64,000 bases of DNA from Schmidtea polychroa (Eukaryota). Below, piece by piece: positions 25,399-38,089 of this stretch. The stretch lies in contig CM097885.1 in NCBI GenBank assembly GCA_044892525.1, forward strand, positions 40,674,001 to 40,738,000, given 5' to 3'. The translations under genes and the position numbers were made by a program. The notes beneath the pieces were generated by a model. The model made no database searches, was not told the origin of the DNA, and was given only the letters and a program-made list of their open reading frames with translations. The stretch's first letter is position 1. The number at the start of each line of letters is the position of its first letter.

Positions 25399-26425
25399 AA
25401 ATTTAAACTGATTTTGTATTGATTTAGATAATATAAAAAATGTTTATTGAATATTACGTAATATTCAAACTAAACCGCAATTTTCAATTATATGGATTAA
25501 TAACAGCTACTACGAGAGCAACTAACTGAATGAATGGAAATTATATAACAGTTTATATGTTTATAGTAGATTTGAACCATGGATTGGACTTTCCAAAATC
25601 TTGTCATAAATTAAAATCCCGAAAATCAATTTACTTCGACCTGAGCAGCCTCTTAGACATTGTCAAAAGATCAACAAACTGAATAAATTTGAGAATGGTC
25701 GTCACCCAAACTTGAAGTTTGTCCTAGTGTCCAACTCTCTTCCATATTTCAATGGCTAAACAACCAAACATTATGATTCGAGGAATGGCACATGTCTTTC
25801 GATCTATTTACATCTGGCTTTCATGAAGATGATGCGGTATGCAATTCAGTTTATTCTAGTTTTAAGTTAAAACCAGAATAAACTTTTAACCGGTTAACAG
25901 ATGCAAGATATCAGATTGCAAAATAGACCTTCACGGACTAAACACAAAATCGCCGACCTCGGCCACATCTAGTCCCTGTCAAGGGGGTTAATAGCTAAGC
26001 TTCTGTTATGGACTGCAGTAATCAAATCTTTGGTGGCCGATTTCGGCAACAAATATCAGGTTGCCAAACAAAACCGGCAAAATGCAAATACTAAAACACA
26101 CAACCACAACCTTGGCCTCAGCTGGTCCCGATTAAAAGATTTAATGGGCACAGTACCTGTCAGGGGCTGTATAAAACAAATCAGCGGTTGCCGATTACGA
26201 CATCAACTGACAAATAACTGGTCAGTCGGTGAGATATGTTGGAATACTAGAGCAACCTCTTGCCGTTGTTACAGGAATGGGATAATTGAAAAGATTGACT
26301 CATGTACAAACACGTTGTAGGGAGTTTTGACGAGTTGAAAAAAACTGCCCCTTTCTGTCGGTAAAATTGAATGGATACAGTAGTAAACAATGAACAAAAT
26401 TAAATTCCCGGCATTCAATTTATCA

Positions 26426-26981
26426 TAGTCGGACATTTCTCACATAGCCCAATGGCAACGGGGGAGCTCCTGAAAAGACTGTTGTCCATGGACAAGGATA
26501 AAACGCCACTAAAACTTATTCAGCACTGTAAGACTCGTTGGAACAGCGTCTATGACATGTTTGAACGACTAGTAGAACTGAGATGGCCAGTAGTTGCAGT
26601 ATTGAGCGACAAAAGCGTGGTGAAATTGAACGATGCCAAAACGTTGGCCATGAAGGACGATTATTGGCAACTGATGATTGAATTGCTCCCTGTTTTAAAA
26701 GCGTTGCAGATCGTGACGTCCGTCATGTCAGCCGAAAGCCAGCCATCAGCCTCTTGTGTTTTTCCCATGTTATGGGGACTCGTGAAAAATCATTTAACCA
26801 TTAAAGAAGAAGATTCTGACATTATGGGTGAATTTAAGAGAGATCTTGCTAAGAATATTTCACGTCGTTTTCGATTAGAAAATAATGAAACAGCAAAAAA
26901 CGAATGCGTTGTTGCATCAATTCTCGATCCGATGTATAAGCATCTTCCTGGATTTCCGGACGATTTCAAAAAGCTGGCGTA
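26426..26981 (+). pseudogene. Internal hAT family 1 transposase fragment
   Basis: Matches about 33065-33620 with a few substitutions. Confidence 0.9.
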
Positions 26982-27310
26982 TTGATGTTACTCTTCATAT
27001 AACAAAATATTCTAATTTTAAAGCAAAAATATATACATTAATTCTTGAAGAAAAGTAAATAGAAATGAAGTTATATGGTGGAAAGATTTCAATAATTGAG
27101 AATGTTAGATGAGATTAAAATTATTATAATTTTCAATTATTATAATCAAATTTTAACTTTTTAAAAATGACTACTAAACGTTATTGGAGATGTGAAACTT
27201 GCTGTTGTGATGTTACAACACACCATAAAGCGAGTCATCTTAAAACTAAAAAACATTTAATTCAATCAAGTAATAATAATAATATTCCATCAAATAATTT
27301 TGAAGGTGAA
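26982..27310 (+). pseudogene. Polinton family A fragment: major capsid C-terminus and start of the next Zn-finger ORF
   Basis: Homologous to about 11890-12120 (DVTLHITK..MKLYGGKISIIENV; WRCETC..HHKASHLKTKKH). Confidence 0.8.
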
Positions 27311-27317
27311 ATTTTGA

Positions 27318-28830
27318 TCAAATAAATATTGCTTCACTTATTGGATTGTTTGGTTTCTCATCTTTAAAACTAAATAATGCACCACTTTTATTTATTAATT
27401 TATTCAAGTTTTCATTTTCTAATATTTCCTTGTATATATCTGACGAATAAACTTTTAAAAACATTGAATCTGTATCCATTGCATGCATTGATATTCTATC
27501 TTGAAAATGTGGTTGTAATACATCATGATAGGTCTCATACATTTGAAGTTTTGAGGGTTCTAAAATAGTATATCCAATAAACATTGGTTTGTTGTATGTT
27601 TTTTCATAATTTCCAATTTCAACTGCAATTAAATTACTTGAAAATCTTTGTGCATTTTTAAATGTTGGTTTTGAAAAAATTATATTATATCTTGCCAAAT
27701 CTTTTTTATTATTTGTTAATAATTGAATCTTTGTATACTTTTCAATATTTTCCATTGTTTTTCCAAAGACTGAATTATTTAATAATTTATACATGTTATC
27801 TCCAAATGCATAACCAACTCGCTTACTCGCTTTTCTCATTTCAATTTTATGTTCAATATATCTTTTCATGAAAGGTTTCTGTTTAAAACTTATAATGTTA
27901 TGAACTTTCGTAAGCTTCATTCCATGTCTGAGATAAAATTGTAAGGGTCTATAATGTACAAGATAGTTTTGTTTGTTGGTTTGATCACATATTAATTTTG
28001 TGCTAGTAGCATGGAGATTTTTCTTTTGCCATGGTGATAATTCATCTTCGCTTACTTTTTTTTTATTGGTGCAAATGGAAAATATTTTGTTTTAAATTTT
28101 ATACTGTTTAGTTATTCTAAATCAACTTCTAGAAAATATTCAATGTTTGAATCTTCTGGAGTCGCTAATATAATGTTTATTAATTCACCTTGAAAAAACA
28201 AGCCATCCTGATTATTCAAGTTTGTTGGTTATTTGTCATTTAAAGGAATCAATTGGTAAATATTGAGTCATAATTCCAGAATATAAACCTGTTGCATCAA
28301 TGTATAAAATTCCACATGGATTATTTAAACATTCTTTTATTATCTCGAAATCTTGCTCATTTTTAATTTCTACAAGATATTCTTGATCAGAATCTTGATT
28401 TGAATCTTGATTTAAACCTAACATTTTGTAACCATATTTATAATTCATTACAGTGATGTATATGAATTATCGTTCACCCATTATAGAACTAATTCCTCCA
28501 CGAATATTATTTTTTACCATGTTAAACATGTTAACATCTTGAAATAATTCTATTGATTCATTCATACCATATAATAATATATCCCAAGCTAATGATGGTA
28601 AAGTTATATAATTATAAGGTTTCAAAGGAAAACCTTTTACAAACTTTTCGAAACAATCTGCAAGAATATGAACATCCAAACTTAGGTATACATCTGTATA
28701 ATCACCAATGTTTTTACAATTAATTAATTCCCACATTTTTCTAGCTCTTGAATCCTCTTGTTCTGATGTTGTTGATTGATTTAATATTGAATAAAATTCT
28801 TGATGGGGAGGTAATTCTGTTTCGAGATAT
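27318..28830 (-). pseudogene. pPolB family A, polymerase domain, frameshifted
   Basis: DYTDVYLSLDVHILADCFE, NIRGGIS, YIDATGLYSGIM, YKLLNNSVFGKTMEN, MDTDSMF. Confidence 0.9.
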
Positions 28831-28879
28831 AATATAAGCAAATACAGTTTCTTTAATTTCTGATATTGAAACACCATAT

Positions 28880-31114
28880 AAATATTTACATTCAACCAAA
28901 GGGATTAATAAAATTATTAAAGAAATAACTAAAGAAGCTCAAGAACAACAAGAACAAGCAGAACAAGAATTAGGAGAATCGGATTTAAGATTTCACTCCT
29001 TTCAAAGTATGCAAATTGTATATTGGAGAGGGGCGCCCCCTAACCCCAAATCATACATTCCTACACCTTTTCGTTCTAATTGTCTTGTAAATGTGGAAAA
29101 TAGTGATAATAAATGTTTTCAATGGTCGGTCCTTGCACATTTACATCCTCAAGCTAAAAACCCTCAAAGAGTATCAAAATACAAACCCTATGAGAATGAA
29201 TTGATATATCCAAAAGATTTTAAACATCCAATGAAAATTTGTGATGTACCAAAATTTGAAAGTCTAAATAATGTTAAAATTAATATTTATGAATACATTC
29301 ACTATAATCATGATGATTTTAAGAAAAACATCATTCCAATATACATTTCAGATAAAGAATTATTAGAACAAGATAGGGAAATAGATCTTTTAATATTGGA
29401 AGAAGAAGACCTTTCAGAACAAGACTTTCAAATAGAAAGAAAACAACACCATATCCTCATAAAAAACTTTCAAGCTTTTATGAGATCAAATACACAAGTT
29501 AGAGGGGGAATAACTTGTAAAAGATGTCTTCATTATTCAACATCTCCAGCTTCGGTAATTAAACATGAAAGATTATGTTGTAAGAACCTGCCAGCTTTAA
29601 TTAAAATGCCTTTACCCATAAACACAAAGATGTATTTTAAAAACTTTTCAAACCTACTAGAAACACTAGGTGTGATATATGGAGACTTTGAAGCTATAAA
29701 TATAAAACAGGATCTAAACCAAGAATATTTCAAATTAATAGAAAAAAATAATCTATTAGATTCTTTAAAATCTTCAAAATGGGAGGACATGAAAGATCTT
29801 TTAAAATTAAATAATAAGTCGTACACTGTAAAACTTACAAAACAGGTGGCATCGGCTTATAAATTATTTTTTAAAAGTAATTACCCAGACCTCATTAAAT
29901 CTGAAGAATTTTCATTTAGAGGATCTACAGACGAAGAGGTTCTAAATCATTTCACCAAAGACATAAATGATTTAGAGCATAAACTCTTTAAAAAATTAAA
30001 AACAAAAAATTTAATAAACTTCTCGGATCAACAACGGGAAGAATACGAAAACTGCACAACTTGCTGGATGTGCAAACAAGAGTTTGAAGAGTTTGAATCT
30101 TTGAATCCTGTAAGCCTTGAGGATTTGAATCCTGAAACCTTTGAAGAGGAAGAACAAAGACTCTTTCATCAAAACATAAAAGTCCCTGACCATGATCACT
30201 TTAAAAAAGAAAATAATTATAGGGGAGCAGCCCATAAGAATTGCAACTTAAACTGTAAAAGACTTAAATTTATCCCTGTCATATTCCACAATCTTTTTGG
30301 ATATGACATCCACTTGTTTATAAAACGTCTAGCTGTAAATGCTAAAAACTCTTTTAAAGTTATAGGACTAACAAAGGAAAAATATAAATGTGTTCAATAT
30401 GGGTGTTTAAAATTTATAGATTCTCTAAACTTTTTACAAATGTCTCTAGATGGAATAGCAAAAACCATGAAACCTGAAGACTTTAAGCATACAATTGAAA
30501 AAGTATTAGTAAAAACTAATATTCCCCAGGAGGAATATAAAACCTGTTTGGCAAAAGGAATCTATCCTTATGATTACATCAACTCATTTGATAGATATAA
30601 TGAAACCGCTTTACCAGAGAAAGAAGAATTCTTTTCAATATTAAATCAAACGGATATAAGTGATCAAGAATATGCCCGAGGGAATAAAATGTGGGAACTT
30701 CTCAATTGTAAAAACATTGGGGATTATACTGACATGTATTTATCCCTTGATGTTTATATCCTTGCAGATTGTTTCGAGGGATTCACAAAAGCCTTTACTC
30801 TTAAACCTTATAATTATATAACATCTCCATCTTTAGCTTGGGATATTTTATTATATACAATGTGGACCTCTGGGACTACATCTATAGAACTATTAACTGA
30901 AATCGACATGTTTAATGTACTTAAAGAAAATATTCGTGGAGGTGTTAGCTCCGTGATGGGAGATAGAAATATAACTGCAAACAACTTTATATCCCTCTAT
31001 AAGAAATTCTTTAGTGAAGATCCTGAAGCAAACTATATAGAAATAAAAACCGATGAGGATTTAAATTTAATAATGGAAGGTTTAAATAATCCATCAGAGA
31101 TTATGTATATAGAT
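28880..31114 (+). pseudogene. pPolB family A, N-terminal half with exonuclease and EndoVII-like Zn insert, cut in motif A by hAT
   Basis: NSDNKCFQWSVLA, IYGDFEA, CWMC..DHDH..YRGAAHKNCN, FHNLFGYD, FIDS, KGIYPYDY, IRGGVS, ends at MYID. Confidence 0.93.
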
Positions 31115-34100
31115 TAGGGTTGTTAAACGAAAATCGGAAATCAGATTTTCGATTTTGCAAACGATTATCGGTTTCTTTATTTCACAAAATGATAATCGGT
31201 TTTGTTTGTCTTTTACATATTATACAGATAAATTGAATGCCGGGAATTTAATTTTGTTCATTGTTTACTACTGTATCCATTCAATTTTACCGACAGAAAG
31301 GGGCAGTTTTTTTCAACTCGTCAAAACTCCCTACAACGTGTTTGTACATGAGTCAATCTTTTCAATTATCCCATTCCTGTAACAACGGCAAGAGGTTGCT
31401 CTAGTATTCCAACATATCTCACCGACTGACCAGTTATTTGTCAGTTGATGTCCGTAATCGGCAACCGCTGATTTGTTTTATACAGCCCCTGACAGGTACT
31501 GTGCCCATTAAATCTTTTAATCGGGACCAGCTGAGGCCAAGGTTGTGGTTGTGTGTTTTAGTATTTGCATTTGCCGGTTTTGTTTGGCAACCTGATATTT
31601 GTTGCCGAAATCGGCCACCAAAGATTTGATTACTGCAGTCCATAACAGAAGCTTAGCTATTAACCCCCTTGACAGGGACTAGATGTGGCCGAGGTCGGCG
31701 ATTTTGTGTTTAGTCCGTGAAGGTCTATTTTGCAATCTGATATCTTGCATCTGCGAACTGGTTAAAAGTTTATTCTGGTTTTAACTTAAAACCAGAATAA
31801 ACTGAATTGCATACCGCATCATCTTCATGAAAGCCAGATGTAAATAGATCGAAAGACATGTGCCATTCCTCGAATCATAATGTTTGGTTGTTTAGCCATT
31901 GAAATATGGAAGAGAGTTGGACACTAGGACAAACTTCAAGTTTGGGTGACGACCATTCTCAAATTTATTCAGTTTGTTGATCTTTTGACAATGTCTAAGA
32001 GGCTGCTCAGGTCGAAGTAAATTGATTTTCGGGATTTTAATTTATGACAAGATTTTGGAAAGTCCAATCCATGGTTCAAATCTACTATAAACATATAAAC
32101 TGTTATATAATTTCCATTCATTCAGTTAGTTGCTCTCGTAGTAGCTGTTATTAATCCATATAATTGAAAATTGCGGTTTAGTTTGAATATTACGTAATAT
32201 TCAATAAACATTTTTTATATTATCTAAATCAATACAAAATCAGTTTAAATTTATGGGTTTCCGTATAAATAAGTCTGACGTCTGGGACAATTTTGATAAA
32301 ATTTCGGCGACGATGGCACAATGTAAGCTCTGTGCACAGCAAATAAGTAGGAGTGGAGGTACTACGAATGGTTCGCATGCACATTTGCGTAGCAAACATG
32401 GTGGATTAACAACATCTTCAAATACTCAAACACGATTGACTGCATTGATTACAACACAAAGAAATTGTCCGAGTAGTCAACAGGAAAAAATTACGGCTGC
32501 TGTTGCGAGATTGATTTCTGAAAATATGTTGGCAATTTCGCTCGTGGAATCGAAATCCTTCCGTGAATTGATGGCGATAGTGGAGCCAGGATATCGTCCT
32601 CCGTGTCGTCAGACGATGACAGCACGACTAACAGCAATGAAAAATAATTTAGTGGTCAAAATGTCGAAATATATCCATGAAAATGTCAAGGACATTGCGA
32701 TCACTACCGACATCTGGACTAGTGTCACCAATGAAGCTTATCTCAGTTTTACTGCAAGCTACATTGATACAGACTGGAATATGATGACGCCTGTTCTTGG
32801 AACAATTCTGATGACTCAACGCCACACACAAGCCGTCATTGCTGACCATCTAAGTAGTATAGCTGATGAATGGTCAATAAAAGAAAAAATTGTTGCATGT
32901 GTCCATGATGGTGCATCCAACATCAATCATGCAGGCAATCTCAATGGATGGTTTGACGTTCACTGTGCGGCGCATAAATTGCAACTTTGCATCAATAATG
33001 CAATGGGCTCCCATGTTGTCACGGATCATCAAATTTCCAAATGTATATCAGCTGCAGCACGACTAGTCGGACATTTCTCACATAGCCCAATGGCAACGGG
33101 GGAGCTCCTGAAAAGACAGTTGTCCATGGACAAGGATAAAACGCCACTAAAACTTATTCAGCACTGTAAGACTCGTTGGAACAGCGTCTATGACATGTTT
33201 GAACGACTAGTAGAACTGAGATGGCCAGTAGTTGCAGTATTGAGCGACAAAAACGTGGTGAAATTGAACGATGCCAAAACGTTGGCCATGAAGGACGATT
33301 ATTGGCAACTGATGACTGAATTGCTCCTTGTTTTAAAAGCGTTGCAGATCGTGACGTCCGTCATGTCAGCCGAAAGCCAGCCATCAGCCTCTTCTGTTTT
33401 TCCCATGTTATGGGGACTCGTGAAAAATCATTTAACCATTAAAGAAGAAGATTCTGACATTATGGGTGAATTTAAGAGAGATCTTGCTAAGAATATTTCA
33501 CGTCGTTTTCGATTAGAAAATAATGAAACAGCAAAAAACGAATGCGTTGTTGCATCAATTCTCGATCCGATGTATAAGCATCTTCCTGGATTTCCGGACG
33601 ATTTCAAAAAGCTGGCGTATGAAAATGTCCGTCATCTCATCAGACAGCTGCCAGATTGCCCCGAACAGCCGAAGACGAGTCGGGATGAAGATAACATGAT
33701 CCCACCAACTAAAAGATCACGACCAAATCATGATGCAGTTATGTTTCTCCTTGGTGATAGTGCAGCACAACAGGCGCCAGAGGAATCCGACTTTGAATAT
33801 TACGTCAAATCATCATGGTCGACAAACTCAAGTGAAACAGCCCTGGAGTGGTGGAAACATAATATGAAACTTTTCCCCAAAACAGCTATTCTTGCCCGGA
33901 AGTTCTTATGCATTCCTGCAACCTCAGTGCAATCGGAAAGAGTTTATTTTCGGCCACTGGACGTCTGATAACCAAGCTTCGTAACCGGCTCCTTCCAGAT
34001 CATGCAGAATCTTTGGTCTTTTTGAATATGAACCAGGACTTGTCTGATATTTAAAAATAAAATCGAATTTAGTACTTACTTTTAAATGTTTACACTTTGG

Positions 34101-34455
34101 AATCTTTGTTTTTGATATCTATGGTTTCGATATGTTTATGTTTAATTTTAAAATAAGGCCGCCGCAGCACCGGAAAGTTTTATTTTGATTTATACTTTAG
34201 TGTATACAGGGAAAATTACCGAAGAAATTGAAAAAAAATTTACTTATATGCTTTAACTTTTTACATAAACAGTCAGTTCATATTCTCCTTGTGTGTGGTA
34301 TAAACTTTGAATAAAACTAATTATACTATACACGTGCGTGAATAGTAATAATGTAAGTAGCTTTGGTTATGCAAAGTGCAAACGATAATCGGTTTAAAAT
34401 CGGATTTATACAAACGATAATCGGATTGCTCGAAAAACCGATATTAACAACCCTA
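31115..34455 (+). mobile_element. hAT transposon family 1, copy 2, both ends present
   Basis: 12-bp TIR TAGGGTTGTTAA / TTAACAACCCTA, subterminal CGATTATCG-type repeats; own flanks (ATATAGAT / ATCTTGAT) do not match. Confidence 0.95.
32253..33968 (+). CDS. hAT transposase (BED zinc finger), C-terminal frameshift
   Basis: VWDNF..CKLC..HLRSKH BED finger; TTDIWTS, HDGASN, CAAHKLQL, TRWNS, LDP, WW, IPATSVQSER. Confidence 0.93.
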   Translation: MGFRINKSDVWDNFDKISATMAQCKLCAQQISRSGGTTNGSHAHLRSKHGGLTTSSNTQTRLTALITTQRNCPSSQQEKITAAVARLISENMLAISLVESKSFRELMAIVEPGYRPPCRQTMTARLTAMKNNLVVKMSKYIHENVKDIAITTDIWTSVTNEAYLSFTASYIDTDWNMMTPVLGTILMTQRHTQAVIADHLSSIADEWSIKEKIVACVHDGASNINHAGNLNGWFDVHCAAHKLQLCINNAMGSHVVTDHQISKCISAAARLVGHFSHSPMATGELLKRQLSMDKDKTPLKLIQHCKTRWNSVYDMFERLVELRWPVVAVLSDKNVVKLNDAKTLAMKDDYWQLMTELLLVLKALQIVTSVMSAESQPSASSVFPMLWGLVKNHLTIKEEDSDIMGEFKRDLAKNISRRFRLENNETAKNECVVASILDPMYKHLPGFPDDFKKLAYENVRHLIRQLPDCPEQPKTSRDEDNMIPPTKRSRPNHDAVMFLLGDSAAQQAPEESDFEYYVKSSWSTNSSETALEWWKHNMKLFPKTAILARKFLCIPATSVQSERVYFRPLDV

Positions 34456-35579
34456 ATCTTGATCATCACATATAATTTCTAGATACAGAATCTCGATTTG
34501 ATGTTGACTTTTCAATATAATTTTCATCGTAAAACTATATTACCTAAATACTATATTACCTAAGAATTCAGTTATGTTTCTAGTTAAATAATTGAAATAA
34601 TTGGTATATATATTTCTATCGACGATATCAAAAATTTGTTATGAATCCAAGAATAACCATATTTTTAATAAATGGTACAGCCAAAAAACCAAGGATTTCT
34701 AACTAAATTGTCTATGAATATTTCTGGAAATATTTTATTTTATTAAGAAATTGCTATATATTTAAAATAACTATGTTCTTTTCACTAAATGGTCTAAAGA
34801 GTTTCTATATGGTATTGTTAAATATTTTAAAATAATCATAATAATAAAATTTAAAATAATAATATGATATTATGTCAGGGCATGCTAAACTAATATAAAT
34901 GTATGACTAATAAATTTGCAATACAAGTACATAATTAACAAAATCTTTGCAATAAATGTGTATGATTAACAAAGACACTAGAAATATCTTTGAATTTGGT
35001 TGAAGATGATTATGACAGTAATATCAGAGGCGAATCAATGGACAGAGGAAAAGCATCATTATGTTTCATAATGAATATTTCATGAATTTTAAATTTGCAT
35101 AAATATATATAAATAACAGTATTTCAAAAATTAGTACAAAAATTAAAACAAAATGAATTAATAATGAATGTATTTTAATCAAAAAGTATTACAATAAAAC
35201 AATAAATTTATAGAAACAAATTAAAACATTTATTTACTAAATAATAATAACCAAAACTACTGTAACACATAATGTCAACTTTAAATATTGGTTAGGGTTT
35301 CTTCTGCTTTTCGAACATCTTCATGGTTCTCGCGAAGATTTCTTTTCCTATTTTGATGAACTCATGGGTATATTTCATTCTAAATAATCAAAAAATAATA
35401 TTATATATTATAAATACCATACCATTCATCCTATCACTACTATTAGGTAGTTGCGTTTGCGCCCAATATGTTTAATTACCAAGATGATTTCATACTATAC
35501 AATGTTTGAAAGTTTTCTCCATCATAGTACCGTCATTACCATAATTCATTTGATATAATATTGATTTTTTATTGAGAAC

Positions 35580-35771
35580 TTACATGTATATAGTATGATA
35601 TTCATTAATCAGTGTTGAACAAGCTTGACAATTGCGAACATTCTTCTCATGACACTTAGAACAAACTATTACGTGACAACATGGTAAAATCAAAACCGAA
35701 ACTTGATTTTCTTTACAAATTGAACAATTTAAATACCTTTTCTCAACATCGTTCAGTTTTTCCGGCTTCAA
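35580..35771 (-). pseudogene. IAP/MDM2-type RING finger, intronless fragment
   Basis: CSIC..VSVLILPCCHVIVCSKC..CQAC..I at a C-terminus. Confidence 0.75.
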
Positions 35772-36546
35772 TCAAATCGGCTTTCGCTATCCATTCATAA
35801 ATCAATCTACTGTATCCCTGTTTCAACCTTAAATACATGCAACTCCAAAACTATTCAATCAGTGAATCCTTGTTTACCACTGCTATGTCTAAATACATTA
35901 AATAACTAGATAACTTCAAAATGCATTTATCATAATTAAATAAATCAATCAAATATTCAATAGAGGAATGTTTGAAAATTTTTAAAATAATTATGATTTC
36001 CTTATCAGTGTAAGTATCATGATTATTTATAAAATCCGTAACTGTGTTGTTAAAAAACTCGAATTTCAATGAACTCTTATCTTCGGAATAGGTTAGACTC
36101 AATTTAACTTTATCCTTATTTCTAGTAGGACTTCCTTGCTATAAATTACATATATAGAAACATTTGACAAAGCAATAACATTACGAAATGCATTTGGTGA
36201 TTTGAACTTACACAATTTGAACTTTACACAATCATATTCAACAGTTTTACTTGTAGAAATCATCGGTAATAAATAACTAAATTACTTTTGTTTTTACATT
36301 TATAACAATAGAGATAGCCAATCGAATTATAATGTAATCGATGAGTCATTGTCTTTGTTTCAATGACCTTGGTGAGTCCTATGACCTAGAATGAGTCACA
36401 CTTTATAAAATAAGAATTTTGAAGAAAATAATCATGAAAATATTGAAATATATGAAAATCTTTAAAGTAAATAAAAATGTTGAAACTCGTAAAAATATTG
36501 CTTAGCTTGAATTACAACATTCGTATACCGTGCGTAAAACCTTTCG

Positions 36547-36563
36547 AAATAATAATAGTAATA

Positions 36564-36638
<75 letters not shown>

Positions 36639-36936
36639 TGGATAATAATCACATATTAAATATATACACCCGTGTTAAAAAAGGCATAATTAACAAAGGT
36701 ATATGCAATACATATGCAATACATATTGAATGTGATATAGAATGTATGTACAATTTTCCCCTATTTATTGATCTTTATTAACAATGTTCTGTACAGAAAA
36801 CATAGATTTTTCATAAATATAAAAAAAATTTACATGTATTTTATAAAATTTCATATTTTTTTACCTTTAAACACACAATAAATTTCTACCCTCATAACTT
36901 ATGTGTGTTAATATTTCAGGTTTTTCACTAATATTT

Positions 36937-36993
<57 letters not shown>

Positions 36994-37016
36994 TTAGTAA
37001 TAATAATAATAATAAT

Positions 37017-37091
<75 letters not shown>

Positions 37092-37112
37092 TTTGATAAT
37101 AATAATAATTAT
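36547..37112. repeat. (AAT)n microsatellite tracts at about 36547-36637 and 36938-37112
   Basis: Direct reading; similar tracts at 253-310, 41040-41250, 56860-56950, 63950-64000. Confidence 0.95.
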
Positions 37113-37145
37113 AATTAAGATCCAACGAATGGTTGATAATTTTAT

Positions 37146-38089
37146 TGTTCGCCTCTACAGGGCCACATCGATCAGTTTTGAATAATATCATTTTGTCCAG
37201 TTGCAGTTTCCGTCGAAGCACACGCGCGATTTCAAACTTCGACTTACCCAAATGTTTCAATTCGGACAACTGAGAAAATCTGTTGGATAATTCTTCAATT
37301 AAATAATTTCTGATTTTCGTGTTGCAAACAAATCGATTTGAAAGATCCGACATAGCCTGATTCAATATTATTTCCTCACGAATACATAATACAATATCGT
37401 TGCTTTTATTGACGAACTTATCTGTGAATTTAGAAGACTCGATCCCATGCATAATCATGAAAAATGATGGCAACAACTGTGAAAGTTCCGTGACAATCGA
37501 TATAATTAATTTATCGGGAATTTTTCCTTTCGCATATCTATCGATTTCATTAAGCCAATTTTTAACATTGTTAAACGAATCTTGATCGGTACCATCAACC
37601 ACAACAATAATTCCATGAGCTCCTCTATGATTACATTCTTGACAACCAAAACATTCCAAATGATACACAAAACTTCCCGCTCGCATTACCAATTCAAAAT
37701 TCCAGAAATCGCCATTTTCTAATTGAATAATTCTATCCTTCTGTTTGTTGAGTCCAAAGATTACATATTGGAATCTGTGTTGTAATTTAATGTAGTTAAG
37801 ATATTCTTCAACTGAAGGATCACATTTAACACCTGAAGACTTTTTAACAAAGGAACTTTTTCTAAAACCGAAAGCTGTTTAAAACTCTACCAAAAAATCC
37901 AATTTAAAACAAATCTAATTTAATAATCCATAATTTCTACAAAAAACAATTTATAATACATGAGAAAACAAAGCAAATCAAACCTCTTACAAACAACCGA
38001 GCTTCCATTGCTCGCATCTGTGTGCGCACACCAACAATATTCGGTTTAACCAGACCGCGCACACAGACGCGATAGAAAAACTATGCCCA
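37146..38089 (-). mobile_element. LTR-like unit related to the BEL-family LTRs but with different cargo (cofilin + LIM + Rab1 + unidentified)
   Basis: Same 5' hairpin TCGCGTCTGTGTGCGC...GCGCACACAGAYGCGAGCAA, same internal CGATATTGT..TGT..AATAATAT..ATCA motif, candidate ends TGG...GAACA; no TSD found so ends are tentative. Confidence 0.7.
37531..37839 (-). pseudogene. In-frame mosaic of host fragments: ADF/cofilin N-terminus, LMO-type LIM piece, Rab1 piece
   Basis: [31 protein letters not shown] (37839 to about 37710); [24 protein letters not shown] (37695-37624); [32 protein letters not shown] (37626-37531). Confidence 0.85.

Larger units (their letters stand above)
18511..26424 (-). mobile_element. 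hAT transposon family 1, copy 1 (left end missing about 110 bp; interrupted by LTR element 18556-23236)
   Basis: TIR TAGGGTTGTTAA at 18511; near-identical reverse complement of about 31227-34455. Confidence 0.93.

Noticed and set aside
36477..37185. Poly-Ile, poly-Asn and poly-Tyr ORFs (also 41045-41308, 56746-57021; Ile-Tyr at 39412-39615)
   Set aside because: Microsatellite translations
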